Numbered from the stretch's first letter, positions 11,164 to 24,836 are shown. The stretch: DNA of 64,000 bases from an uncultured Actinomycetota bacterium (GCA_963766465.1 CAVXZT010000014.1:464370-528369); one strand, 5' to 3'. Notes: a model not told the origin generated them from the letters alone. Numbers and translations: made by a program.

Positions 11164-11800
11164 GTGGCCCGATAGAACCACGCGCTTGCGGCAGGTGTCG
11201 GTGTCCTCGCCGCGTTTCTCCTGCTAGGGGGCCCGCGCCGCCAGAGGCCATCGCAGATCCGGGCGGTTCGCATTCCGGTCGCTCGGCAATGGCGATCGTT
11301 CCGAACGCGTGACGGGCCCGACTGGGGCGACGACCACCGCCGCCGCGGCGAGAAATCGCATCGGCGACGACAGTCCGCGGACCGGATCGGGTCGGGCCGC
11401 GACACCCGACCTCGCCGAGTTCGCGCCACTACGGATGAGTGGAACGGGGCCGCTAACTGCCCGGGTGTGCCGGCGGGGGATTCAAGCCGCCGAGCGTGAA
11501 GTTCGCCACCGGGCGGTCGACCCGGCGTCCAGGCCACGCGCCCGAACCGCGTCGGCCGGCCCGCGGGCCGAACCGGCCCGGCTCCTCCACCGCAACCTCC
11601 GCCCCCTCGCCCCTGCGCCTCGCGTCATTGTGTCGGCTCGCAGGATCTCGCCGCCACGGGTGTCTGGCGGCGGCTCGTGTGTCTTTCGGCCGAACTGTCT
11701 GATCCGCTGTGGGGCCTCACCGGACTCCTCCTGATCCCGGCTGCAGGTGCCTTCTCGGATACCGGCAGGCACGCGCCGCGCATGCGGCGGAGGACTACGT
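11164..11800 (+). CDS. Secreted Pro/Gly-rich protein with C-terminal membrane anchor, heavily frameshifted
   Basis: N-terminus [23 protein letters not shown]...[11 protein letters not shown] (signal peptide) and C-terminus [28 protein letters not shown]. End approximate. Confidence 0.55.
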
Positions 11801-13403
11801 CGTTCGTAAGTCCTTGCGCAGGATCTTGCCTGACGCGGACTTCGGGATCGCCTCGATGAACTCCACCTGGCGGACCTTCTTGTACGGCGCGACCTGACCG
11901 GCGACGAACTCCATCACCTCGTCGCGCTCAGGTCTGCCTCAGACTGCTTGACCACGAAAGCCTTTGGCACCTCTTCGCCTTCGGCGTCGACAACGCCGAC
12001 CACCGCGGCGTCGGCAATTGCCGGATGGCTCAGCAGCAGGGCCTCCAGTTCGGCGGGCGGCACCTGGTAGCCCTTGTACTTGATCAGTTCCTTGAGCCGG
12101 TCGACGATGTAGACGCAGCCGTTGGCGTCGACCTGGGCGAGGTCGCCGGTGTGCAACCAGCCGTCGTCGTCGACCGTCTCCTTGGTGGCCGATTCGTTGT
12201 TGAGATAGCCCGCCATCACGTTGGGCCCCTCGAACCAGAGTTCGCCGGTTGTCGCTGAGACCCTCTGCGGGGACATCGATCTCGTCACCGGTCTCGGGGT
12301 TGATGATCTTGGACGCCGCGTTGGACACCGTCCACCCGACGGAACTCAGTGGGGCGGCGTGCCCATATTCTGCTGCGCCGCCGTCGAATGGGGTGATGTG
12401 GCTGACCGGGCTCAGCTCGCTCATCCCGTAGCCCTGGACGACACGGCAGCCCAACCGATCGGCGACCGCGTGTCCGAGATCTGCGTCCAACGGGGCGGCG
12501 CCGGACATGACGACGTTCAGCGACGCCAGGTCGTAGTCGTCGATCAGCGGATGCTTGGCCAGCGCAACGGCGACCGGCGGCGCGATGAACGCGATCGTGC
12601 ACTTGTGGTTCGCGATGTTGTCGAGGAACTCGCCGAGATCGAAGCTCCGCATGATGACCAGCCGGGCCCGCGCGTGCAGAGCGGCGTTGAGCAACACCGT
12701 CATTCCGTAGATGTGGAAGAACGGCAGCACGGCGAGGACGACGTCGTCGGCGACCATCCCGTGCAGCGGCCGGATCTGCGCGACGTTGGCCACCAGGTTG
12801 CGGTGGGTCAGCATCACGCCCTTGGGGTTGCCGGTGGTGCCGGAGCTGTACGGCAACGCCGCGAGATGCGACGACGGGGCGAAGCTGACGTCGGGCGCGG
12901 GCAGGCCCTGCGCCATCAGGTCGGCGGCATTGGGATGACCGGTCGCGTCCTGGCCCTCGCCGTCGAGCACCACCAGGTCGGCATCGGCCAGCCCGACGGC
13001 CGCGGCCGCCTTCTTTGGCCTGCGCCAGCAGCGGTGTGACGGTGACCAGCATCTTGGCGTTCGAATCGGTCAGCTGCTTGGCGATGTCTTTGGCGGTGAA
13101 CAGCGCGTTGATGGTGGTGGCCGTCGCACCCGAGCGCAGGATGCCGTGGAAGGCGACCGCGAATCCCGAACTGTTCGGCGACAGCAGGCCCACGACATCG
13201 CCGACACCGATGCCGCGGCCGGCCAGCGCACCGGCGAACGCGTCGATGCGGTCGATCATCTCGCGGTAGGAGGTCTGTCTGCCGGACTTCGCGTCGACCA
13301 GCGCGACCCGGTCGAGGTCGGCGTCGTCGATGTCGCCGAACAGGAAGTCGTAGACGCTCGTGGACGGGATATCGACTTCGGGGAAGGGGCTCGCGAAACT
13401 CAT
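11795..13403 (-). CDS. 4-coumarate-CoA ligase-like acyl-CoA synthetase (ANL family), frameshifts near 13020, 12260 and 11920
   Basis: [58 protein letters not shown]. Confidence 0.92.
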
Positions 13404-13436
13404 GGCCTCTGATCGAACCATGGCCGCCGTCGCCGG

Positions 13437-13838
13437 TCAAGCTTCGTCGAGCTGCTTGATGAGCTTCTTCGGCGCGATCATCCGGAACGACGCGTCGATC
13501 AGCTCGTGACCTCGTCCCAGTCCACCTTCTTGCGCGCGGTGAGGTCGAGCCCGAGCCAGCCCGAGGGCCCAGGTAGGCGGGGAAGAAGAAGCGGCGGTCC
13601 TGTTCGAGGGCCCTGCGGTCGCTCTCGTCGACCTTGACCAGGATCGAGTGGGGGTACGGAGGTGTACTCGCCCTTGACGTCGGTCTTGGCGCTGCCGCCG
13701 TACATCACGAACATCTTCGCGACGAAGAACACCGGCCTGCCGTGCGACACCTTCTCGAACGCCTCGGGGAAGCCGAGGGCGATCTTGCGCACTTCGCCAG
13801 CCCGGGTCGTCGTCGCGGAACATGATCGGGTGCGGCAT
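13437..13838 (-). CDS. MmcQ/YjbR family protein, frameshifted
   Basis: MPHPIMFRDDDPG...KIALGFPEAFEKVSHGRPVF...AYLGPSGWLGLDL...WDEV.ELIDASFRMIAPKKL. Confidence 0.82.
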   Translation of the reverse strand: MPHPIMFRDDDPGWRSAQDRPRLPRGVREGVARQAGVLRREDVRDVRRQRQDRRQGRVHLRTPTRSWSRSTRATAGPSNRTAASSSPPTWALGLARARPHRAQEGGLGRGHELIDASFRMIAPKKLIKQLDEA

Positions 13839-13888
13839 GGGGCCAGGGTATCGGCTGGCGTGTTCCGGTGTCGGGCGCGCTCGGCTAG

Positions 13889-16290
<2,402 letters not shown>

Positions 16291-16299
16291 CGAGCGGCT

Positions 16300-17128
16300 T
16301 CAGCGGGAGCGCGCGAGCGCGATCCGCTCGTTAAGGGTCGAGAGCGCCGGTGGGCCGTAGCGCGCCTCGACGTCCTCGGCGCCGACGTCTTCGACAACGT
16401 CGAACCCGTGGTCATCGAGGAGCGCGGCGAACTCGTCGGGCGTGTACAGCGACACGATTGGCTCACCTGCCGCCGCAGCGACTGCCGAGAAGAGCTCAGA
16501 ACCACCTGGGCCTCTCCTGCCCAGGTGTCCTCCGGTGTGTTGTAGGAGACCGCGATCGAGCACGAAGGCAATGCACGCAGTGTCGCGCCGATCGCTTCGC
16601 GTGTGAGATACACGGAACGCTGAGCCAGCTCACGAATAGCGCGGCCGAATTCACTCCTGCGCGCTCGAGTCCCGCAGCCACCGACTCGACCTCGAAGTCG
16701 ACAGGGGCCCACGACAATGTGGATGGCACCGGAATCCCAAGCGCCTCAATGCGAGAACGCTTCCACGCCTGCGTCGACGGATGATCAACTTCGATTACCC
16801 GGATACCGCCGCGGCTGGTCTGACGCCAGGCGAAGGAATCCAGACCGGCGCCGAGGACCACGTAGTCCGTTGCCCCAGAGGCCGCAAGCCAGTCCTCGCC
16901 GATCGGCTACGGGCTGCCATCCAATTCGAGATCCGGAACACTGACCTCTCCGAACGTGTCACGAGCCTATTGGTCATTGCCTCCGCCTCGCTGCCGACGA
17001 GCGGCCAGGCCAGCCAGTCGGACAACACGGCATCGGGACCTAATTGAGCAGATGTCCGCCGCGCGCACACGCCGCCATCATGGCCGTCCGGCTCGGTGCG
17101 CCGGTCCCGGAGACCCCGTTTGCCCCAT
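16300..17128 (-). CDS. Class I SAM-dependent methyltransferase (LCM/Rv0145-like family), several indels
   Basis: SRTAMMAACAR, VVLGAGLDSFAWR, IEVDHPSTQAWKR, APVDFE, FVSWL, YLTREAI. Confidence 0.85.
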
Positions 17129-17191
17129 ACCGCGAACGAACCGCCGGACCATCAAGTTGCCGGGTTCGGAAACTGCCGGGAGTCTGCTGTG

Positions 17192-17851
17192 TCAACGCAA
17201 TATCGTTGCGATGATCCCGGCCAGATAGCCCAGCCGCGCCACCTCGGACGGGCGGAACTCTGGCCCGCCAGGCCGGCCCAGCACAAGAGCTGTGCGATGG
17301 TCGCCGAGCGGCGCGGCCGCCAGCGTGGTGTCCATGTCGCGCCACACCTGCGGCACCCAGCCTGCGGTACCGTCGAGCGCTGCGGCGTGGTCGAGGGGGA
17401 GCCACGGCGTCTCCGCCGCCTGCGTTTCGGGGGCTCCCGGACTGCCGACGATTCGTTGCGGGCGGGACTCGGTCAACTTCACGACAGTGCACCAGCCGAC
17501 GCGCAGCACGTGGGGGGCCTCGTCGACAAGCACCTGCATCTGCTTGTGTTTCCCGTCGGCCGCCGCGACGCGATCGATGAGCTCCAGCTCCCGGTGCGCC
17601 TCGAGCAGCCCGGTGTGCGGGCGGATGGCATCGACATAGACACCGTTGAGCTTTTCGGCCGCGGTGATCAGCATGTCGGGCATCGCGCCATGCGGCAGCT
17701 CGACCACCAGATCGTCGATCGCATAGCCCACGCCACGCTCGACGACGTCGAGGGACAGGATATCGGCGCCCACCGACCCAAGCGCCACGGCCAGCGAGCC
17801 GAGGCTGCCCGGTCGATCCTCTAGCTGGACACGCAGCAGATACGAAGGCAC
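17192..17851 (-). CDS. ACT domain-containing protein
   Basis: PSYLLRVQLEDRPGSLGSLAVALGSVGADILSLDVV. Usual divergent neighbour of gatC in mycobacteria. Confidence 0.88.
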   Translation of the reverse strand: MPSYLLRVQLEDRPGSLGSLAVALGSVGADILSLDVVERGVGYAIDDLVVELPHGAMPDMLITAAEKLNGVYVDAIRPHTGLLEAHRELELIDRVAAADGKHKQMQVLVDEAPHVLRVGWCTVVKLTESRPQRIVGSPGAPETQAAETPWLPLDHAAALDGTAGWVPQVWRDMDTTLAAAPLGDHRTALVLGRPGGPEFRPSEVARLGYLAGIIATILR

Positions 17852-17926
17852 GCGCAACACTGTTTCACAGCGCCACCGGCTCAGCATTCCGGGCGAGAGG
17901 GCGCGCAGGCGCGGCGCCGGACTTGA

Positions 17927-19823
17927 CCGGGAATTTCCCGTGCCCAAACCTCGTGGTTCATGCCCTGTTCTAGCCCATTCCGGCTGTCGCGGGGCGTGGC
18001 CCGGCGCTGAATGCTGCCGCGTTGCGATGTGGCGGGCGGGACGATCGGTGGGTCCGGGTGTCAGTGGTCAGCCCTACGGTGTGGATGTGCAGAGGCGTAG
18101 TCGCTTTCGCATCGAACCGACAACGGCGCCGAGCTGGAGCCGTTGAGTGAGCGCAATCCTCGTGCGCGTAAGCGTCCGAAGGGGGCACCTACCCATGTGC
18201 GATCGTGGCCGTTGCGTCCGAGTGCGGTGCAGTGCCGAGATATTCGGACGCGGTTCTTCACCGGCACAAGGGTGTACAACGCGGTGCTCGGGGAGTTCCT
18301 CGCGCGCAGCCACGCAGTGAAGTCCGATCCAGCATGGGAGATCGCTTGTCAGATGCCGCGCCGCAAGCCGGCGCAGCGGAAGGCCCGCCAGGCGGCATTC
18401 CGTCTGGTGGAGCAAACACACTGCTTTAGCGTGGAGGGTGCCCAATCGTTCGCATCCGCGCTTCGCAAGTCATGGGTGCGCGAGCATCTGCCCGCGCAAG
18501 AGGCGCAGAACCTGGGTGCGCGCGCTTTCGACGCGGTCAACAGTTGCACCTGGCGCGCAGGGGCAAGCCCCGGTTCAAGCCAGTGGCGCGTGGGTTGCGT
18601 TCAATTTCAGTCAAAGATGGCCGCGGCGCACTACGCCCGTTCGTGGATCGGAACGGTCGACTGGTCGGGCTGCAGTGGGGCGCAGGTTTCGTGATCCCGA
18701 TCGCTGCAGCGGCCAAATCAGGGCGTCGCGGTAAGGAACAGCTAGTCGAGCTGGCTGAGATCGAAGCACTGATCGCAGGCGGGCAACGTGTTGTTCACGC
18801 GGATCGTGCGCACGGTGATCGGCGGTCGCGACACCTACCGCATGCAACTCGTCATCGACGGGCATCCGACCCGCAGGCACTCAGTTGGCGACGGGCGGGT
18901 GTCATTCGACCTGGGACCGTCGAACATTGCAGTGGCTGTCGCGCGCAGCGACGGACGTGGACGGGCTGGGTGCAGCCGTTGGCTGATCGCATCGGTTTGG
19001 ACACCGCCCAATTGCGGCGCGCTCAGCGGCAGTTGGACCGCCAGCACCGCGCCGGCTCACCCGGCTGTTTCCACCCCAATGGCACTCACAAGACCGGTGG
19101 CTGCACCTGGCGGCGCTCCCGCGGTGCGGAACGCACCAAGTCGCGGGTGTCCGAGTTGCATCGCCGGTTGGCTGGGCACCGTAAGACGCTGCACGGCGCA
19201 CTGGCCAATCGATTGTTCGCCCACGGCGCCGACATGGCGTGCGAGAAGCTGGATTACATCGCATGGCAGAAGAACTTCCCGCGCAGTGTGCGGGACCGGG
19301 CACCGGGGATGCTCGTAGAGACGGTTCGTCGCAAGGCTGCAAGTGCCGGCGGCGACGCTCTCTACGAGTTCAACCCCAACACCACGGCTCTGTCTCAAAC
19401 CTGCCTGTGCGGGGATCGCACGAAAAAGCCGCTCTCCCAACGGATTCACCGCTGCGGGTGCGGAATCAAAGAACATCGGGACCTGTTCTCCGCCTACCTC
19501 GGGCTGCACGTCCGAGCCAGCGGCGATGGTCTCGATCGGCTGGACCTGGAGGCAGCCAACACCGGCTGGCTCCACCGTCAGGACATCGACGCGTTGCCGA
19601 GGCCCAGCCGCCCAACAGCACTCAACCGGCGAGGCCGCAGACACCCGCCTATGCGGAGGTCCGTGGCGCGCATCAAGGCCCGACGTAAAGCCAGGGCTGT
19701 GAAGCGACAGAGCGGGTCGGCACGAACTTCCACCACCAATCGGCCCACGGCGCTGCCGCATGAGCAACGAGACAGCCGCACGGCAGATGGTATCCCGGTC
19801 ATTCATGGTCGGGAGGATGTCAA
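17927..19823 (+). mobile_element. IS200/IS605-family element carrying tnpB only (IS1341-like, non-autonomous); left end provisional
   Basis: Right end TCCCGGTC-ATTCAT-GGTCGGGA hairpin followed by GGATGTCAA (TCAA 19820-19823). tnpB inside, no tnpA, no target duplication. Left flank ends TTGA/TTGAC at 17923-17927. Confidence 0.8.
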
Positions 19824-19860
19824 TAGGCTTTCCACTCGTGTCGCAGATCTCCCGAGATGA
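18143..19860 (+). CDS. tnpB: RNA-guided endonuclease TnpB, long type (~570 aa when three single-base indels near 18545, 18785 and 18955 are corrected)
   Basis: N-terminus PLRPS..Q...RF...[15 protein letters not shown], Ruv[10 protein letters not shown], RuvC-II ACEKLD, Zn ribbon SQTCLCG...HRCGCG, RuvC-III HRDLFSA, tail [12 protein letters not shown]. Possible upstream leaderless start at GTG 18087. Confidence 0.88.
19640..19843 (+). ncRNA. Predicted TnpB right-end guide RNA (reRNA/omegaRNA): scaffold overlapping the tnpB 3' end plus a flank-derived guide
   Basis: Inferred from the established TnpB architecture. Terminal hairpin and TCAA are seen; guide would begin at 19824 (TAGGCTTTCCACTCGTGTCG). 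5' boundary is a guess. Confidence 0.55.
19824..19837 (+). promoter_or_regulatory. -10 box of a probable leaderless gatC promoter
   Basis: TAGGCT-N8-GTG, the same spacing seen at serA (36410-36424). No Shine-Dalgarno. Confidence 0.7.
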
Positions 19861-20137
19861 GGTAGCCCACCTCGCCCGACTGGCCCGGCTCGCGCTGACC
19901 GATGAAGAGCTGGACAGCTACGCGGGCCAGCTCGACGCCATCCTCGAGCACGTCAGCCAGATCCAGGGTGTCGACGTCACCGGCGTCGAACCCACGGGCA
20001 ATCCGCTGAAGGACGTCAACGTGTTCCGCAGCGACGTCGTCGAGCCGTGCCTGACCCAGGAGGAGGCGCTGGCCCAGGCGCCCAAGGCGGTCGACGGCCG
20101 GTTCGCCGTCCCGCGGATTCTGGGGGAGGCCGAATGA
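19838..20137 (+). CDS. gatC: Asp/Glu-tRNA amidotransferase subunit C
   Basis: [20 protein letters not shown]...FAVPRILGE. Confidence 0.96.
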   Translation: MSQISRDEVAHLARLARLALTDEELDSYAGQLDAILEHVSQIQGVDVTGVEPTGNPLKDVNVFRSDVVEPCLTQEEALAQAPKAVDGRFAVPRILGEAE

Positions 20138-21619
20138 GCACCGAGCTCATCCGGCTCGACGCGGCCACGCTGGGGGCCAAGATCGCCGCCAAGGAGGTGT
20201 CGTCGACCGAGGCGACGCGGGCGTGCCTGGATCAGATCGCCGAGACCGACGACAAATACCACGCGTTTCTGCACGTGGCGGAGGAGAAGGCGCTGGCCGA
20301 GGCGGCCCGCGTAGACGCGGCCGTTGCGGCGGGGGAGTCGCTGCCGTCGCCGCTGGCCGGCGTGCCGCTGGCGCTCAAGGACGTGTTCACCACCACCGAC
20401 ATGCCGACTACCTGCGGATCGAAGATCCTCGAGGGGTGGACGTCGCCGTACGACGCCACCGTCACCGCGCGGCTGCGAGCGGCGGGCATCCCGATCCTTG
20501 GCAAGACGAACATGGACGAGTTCGCGATGGGCAGCTCCACCGAGAACTCGGCGTACGGTCCGACCCGCAACCCGTGGAACGTCGACCGCGTGCCGGGTGG
20601 TTCGGGCGGCGGCAGCGCGGCGGCGCTGGCCGCATTCCAGGCGCCGCTGGCCATCGGATCCGACACCGGCGGCTCGATTCGCCAGCCCGCCGCGTTGACG
20701 GCGACGGTTGGCGTGAAGCCCACGTACGGCACGGTGTCGCGGTACGGGCTGATCGCCTGCGCGTCATCGCTGGACCAGGGTGGCCCGTGCGCACGCACCG
20801 TGCTCGACACCGCGCTGCTGCATCAGGTGATCGCCGGGCACGACCCGAAGGACTCCACCTCGGTCGAGGCCAAGGTGCCCGACGTGGTCGCCGCGGCCAG
20901 GGCAGGAGCGTCCGGTGATCTCAAGGGCGTGCGGATCGGCGTGGTCAAGCAGTTGCGCGGCGACGGCTATCAGGCCGGGGTGCTGACGTCGTTCAACGCC
21001 GCGGTCGAGCAGCTCACCGACGCTGGGCGCCGAGGTCAGCGAGGTCGACTGCCCGCACTTCGACTTCTCGCTGCCTGCGTACTACCTGATCCTGCCGTCG
21101 GAGGTGTCGTCGAACCTGGCGCGCTTCGACGCGATGCGCTACGGACTGCGGGTGGGCGATGACGGCACGCACAGCGCCGAGGAAGTGATGGCACTGACCC
21201 GCGCCGCGGGATTCGGCCCAGAAGTCAAGCGCCGCATCATGATTGGCACATACGCGCTGTCCGCGGGCTACTACGACGCCTATTACAACCAGGCGCAAAA
21301 GGTCCGCACGCTGATCGCGCGCGACCTCGACGAGGCCTACAAGAACGTCGACGTGCTGATCTCGCCCGCCACCCCGACCACCGCGTTCCCGCTGGGGGAG
21401 AAGGTCGACGACCCGCTGGCGATGTACCTGTTCGACCTGTGCACGCTGCCGCTGAACCTGGCCGGGCACTGCGGAATGTCGGTGCCGTCGGGCCTGTCGC
21501 CGGACGACAATCTGCCCGTCGGCCTGCAGATCATGGCGCCTGCGCTGGCCGACGACCGGCTCTACCGGGTCGGCGCCGCCTACGAAGCTGCACGAGGTCC
21601 GCTGCCAACGGCGGTCTGA
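20134..21619 (+). CDS. gatA: Asp/Glu-tRNA amidotransferase subunit A, one indel near 21025
   Basis: Amidase signature [40 protein letters not shown]. Confidence 0.96.
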
Positions 21620-21636
21620 CGGGGGAGGATGAGGCC

Positions 21637-22670
21637 ATGCGGATCGGAGTTCTCACCGGCGGCGGTGACTGTCCTGGCCTGAACGCGGTGATCCGGGCGG
21701 TGGTGCGCACCAGCAACGTGCGATACGGGTCCACGGTGGTCGGATTCCTGGACGGGTGGCGCGGTCTGCTCGAAGACCGGCGGATCCAGCTGGCCAACGA
21801 CGACCGCAACGACCGGCTGCTCGCCAAGGGCGGGACCATGCTGGGCACCGCCCGGGTCAACCCGGACAAGCTGCGGGCCGGCCTGCCCCAGATCAAGCAG
21901 ACCCTCGACGACAACGGCATCGACGTGCTGATCCCGATCGGCGGCGAGGGCACGTTGACCGCAGCGCACTGGCTCTCCGAGGAGAACGTTCCGGTGGTCG
22001 GGGTGCCCAAGACCATCGACAACGACATCGACTGCACCGATGTGACATTCGGGCACGACACCGCGCTGCAGGTTGCGACCGAGGCGATCGACCGGCTGCA
22101 CAGCACCGCAGAGTCGCATCAGCGCGTGATGCTGGTCGAGGTGATGGGCCGCCACGCCGGCTGGATCGCGTTGAACTCGGGTCTGGCCTCCGGTGCGCAC
22201 ATGACGCTGATCCCCGAGCAGCCGTTCGATGTCGAAGAGGTGTGCCGGTTGGTCAAACAGCGCTTCGTACGCGGTGATTCGCACTTCATCTGTGTCGTGG
22301 CCGAAGGGCGCGAAACCCGCCGAGGGCACGATGCAGCTGCGCCAAGGCGGCATGGACGAGTTCGGCCACGAGAAGTTCACCGGTGTGGCCGCGCAGCTGG
22401 CCGTCGAGGTGGAGAAGCGGATCAAGAAAGAGGTTCGCGTGACCGTGCTCGGGCCACGTGCAGCGTGGCGGCACGCCGACGGCGTACGACCGGGTGCTGG
22501 CTACGCGGTTCGGCGTCAACGCCGCCGACGCCGCGCATGCCGGCGAGTACGGGATGATGGTGTCGCTGCGCGGCCAGGACATCGGCCGGGTGTCGTTGGC
22601 CGACGCGGTGCGCCAGCTGAAGCTGGTACCGCAGAGCCGCTACGACGACGCCGCTGAGTTCTTCGGCTGA
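21637..22670 (+). CDS. pfkA: 6-phosphofructokinase, indels near 22310 and 22455
   Basis: [51 protein letters not shown]. Confidence 0.95.
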
Positions 22671-22705
22671 CGAGGCCTTCCGTACCGATTACTAGGATCG
22701 AGACC

Positions 22706-24215
22706 ATGACCGTCGCTTCCGCCGCCGAATTGATCGACTACGACGACGTCGTGGCGCGCTACGAACCCGTGCTCGGGCTCGAGGTGCACGTCGAACTGTC
22801 CACCGCGACCAAGATGTTCTGCGGCTGTGCCAACAAGTTCGGCGCCGAGCCCAACACCCAGGTGTGCCCCGTGTGCCTTGGTCTGCCCGGATCACTGCCG
22901 GTGCTCAACCAAGAGGCGGTGGAGTCCGCGATCCGCATCGGGCTTGGCGCTCAACTGCGAGATCGCGCCGTGGGGGCGGTTCGCCAGGAAGAACTACTTC
23001 TATCCGGACCAGCCGAAGAACTACCAGATCAGCCAGTACGACGAGCCGATCGCGATCAACGGCTACCTCGACGTCCCGCTCGACGACGGCACCACCTGGC
23101 GGGTGGAGATCGAGCGCGCCCACATGGAGGAGGACACCGGCAAGCTGACCCACCTCGGCAGCGACACCGGCCGCATCGAGGGTGCGACGACGTCGCTGCT
23201 CGACTACAACCGCGCCGGCGTGCCGCTGATCGAGATCGTCACTAAGCCGATCGAAGGGACCGGTGCGCGCGCACCGGAGATCGCCCGCGCCTACGTGACG
23301 GCATTGCGGGACCTGTTGCGCGCGCTTGGGTGTCTCCGATGTCCGGATGGATCAGGGTTCGATGCGCTGCGACGTCAACGCCTCACTCAAGCCGATCGGG
23401 CAGAAGGAGTTCGGCACCCGCACCGAGACCAAGAACGTCAACTCGCTGAAAAGCGTTGAGGTGGCGGTCCGTTACGAGATGCGGCGCCAGGCAGCGGTTC
23501 TCGATGCCGGCGGCAAGGTGCACCAGGAGACCCGGCACTTCCACGAGGACGGCTACACCTCGCCGGGCCGCAGCAAGGAGACCGCGGAGGACTACCGCTA
23601 CTTCCCCGAACCGGACCTGGAGCCGGTGGCACCGAGCGCCGAGCTGGTCGACCGGCTGCGCACCACCATTCCCGAGCTACCGTGGCTGAGCCGCAAGCGA
23701 ATTCAGGAAGACTGGGGCATCTCCGACGAGGTGATGCGCGACCTGCGTCAACATCGGCGCGATCGACCTGATCGCCGCCACCGTCGCGCAGGGCGCATCC
23801 AGTGAGCCCGCACGCGCCTGGTGGGGAAACTTCCTGGTGCAGAAGGCCAATGAAGCTGGCGTGGCGAAGTCACGAATTGCCGATCACGCCGGAGCAGGTG
23901 GCGGCGGTGGTCAAACTCGTCGACGAAGGCAAGCTGTCCAACAAGCTGGCCCGCCAGGTCGTCGAGGGGGTGCTGGCCGGTGAGGGCGAACCCGAGCAGG
24001 TGATGACCGATCGCGGGCTGGCCGTCGTACGCGACGACTCGTTGATCCAGGCCGCCGTCGACGAGGCGCTGGCCGCCAATCCCGATGTGGCCGAGAAGAT
24101 CCGCGGCGGCAAGGTGGCTGCGGCCGGCGCGATCGTCGGCGCGGTGATGAAGGCGACGAAGGGTCAGGCCGACGCCGCGCGGGTGCGCGAACTGGTGCTG
24201 GCCGCCTGTAGCTAG
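22706..24215 (+). CDS. gatB: Asp/Glu-tRNA amidotransferase subunit B, about four indels
   Basis: [59 protein letters not shown]. Confidence 0.96.
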
Positions 24216-24836
24216 CGGCCTACCAGCTCCATGGCACCAAGCGCGTAATTCTCCAACCGCTCGCGCGGATAGGTCTGCGGGTCGTTGACCGCCAGCCTGC
24301 CGAGCATTTCGGCGAACGACAACATGGTGTGGGCCAACAGCACATGGTCGACGCCCGCCAGGCGGGGCTCGAGCGCGATGCCCGCCATTGCCAATTGTTC
24401 GGCTTGGCTGAGGACTGCCGAGCGGGTCAGCCGTAGTGCGTCGCGGTACTCGTTGGGCGCGCTGTCGGGGACCGTCAACATCAACCGCCACCGCGTCGGG
24501 TTCTCCAGCACCGCGGCGAGGAACGCCGACACGGTCGCGGCGTAGGCATTCGTCGGCCCCGGCCCGGCGAGGTCGGTGGGCATCGCCATCAGCACCTGAT
24601 CGAGCGCGCGCCGCTGTTCGCGGTCGAACAACGCCGACACCAGTTCTGCGCGGGTGGAAAACACGGTGTACAGCACGGGCTTGCCGACTCCGGCCGCCTC
24701 AGCCACCGCCTCCATGCTGAGCTCGTGCAGTTGGCATCCGCCAAGCACCGTCATGGCGGCGTCAAGCAGCTGTTCGCGCCGCTGCTTCGCGCGGTAGACG
24801 CGGCGCGTACTTACGCCGCTGCCGGGGTCGGATCAC
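24212..24836 (-). CDS. TetR/AcrR family regulator, one indel near 24785
   Basis: [20 protein letters not shown]...[23 protein letters not shown]. Start GTG 24836. Confidence 0.87.

Noticed and set aside
17927-18143. tnpA remnant or serine resolvase (IS607-type) upstream of tnpB
   Set aside because: No HUH/Y1 or resolvase motif in any frame; only about 200 bp available.
18900-19500. Nuclease-dead TldR or Cas12m-like regulator
   Set aside because: All three RuvC acidic residues (D, E, D) are present.
17860-20140. Type V CRISPR-Cas (Cas12) locus
   Set aside because: No repeat-spacer array or cas1/cas2 seen on either side. An IS right end directly follows the gene, so TnpB fits better.
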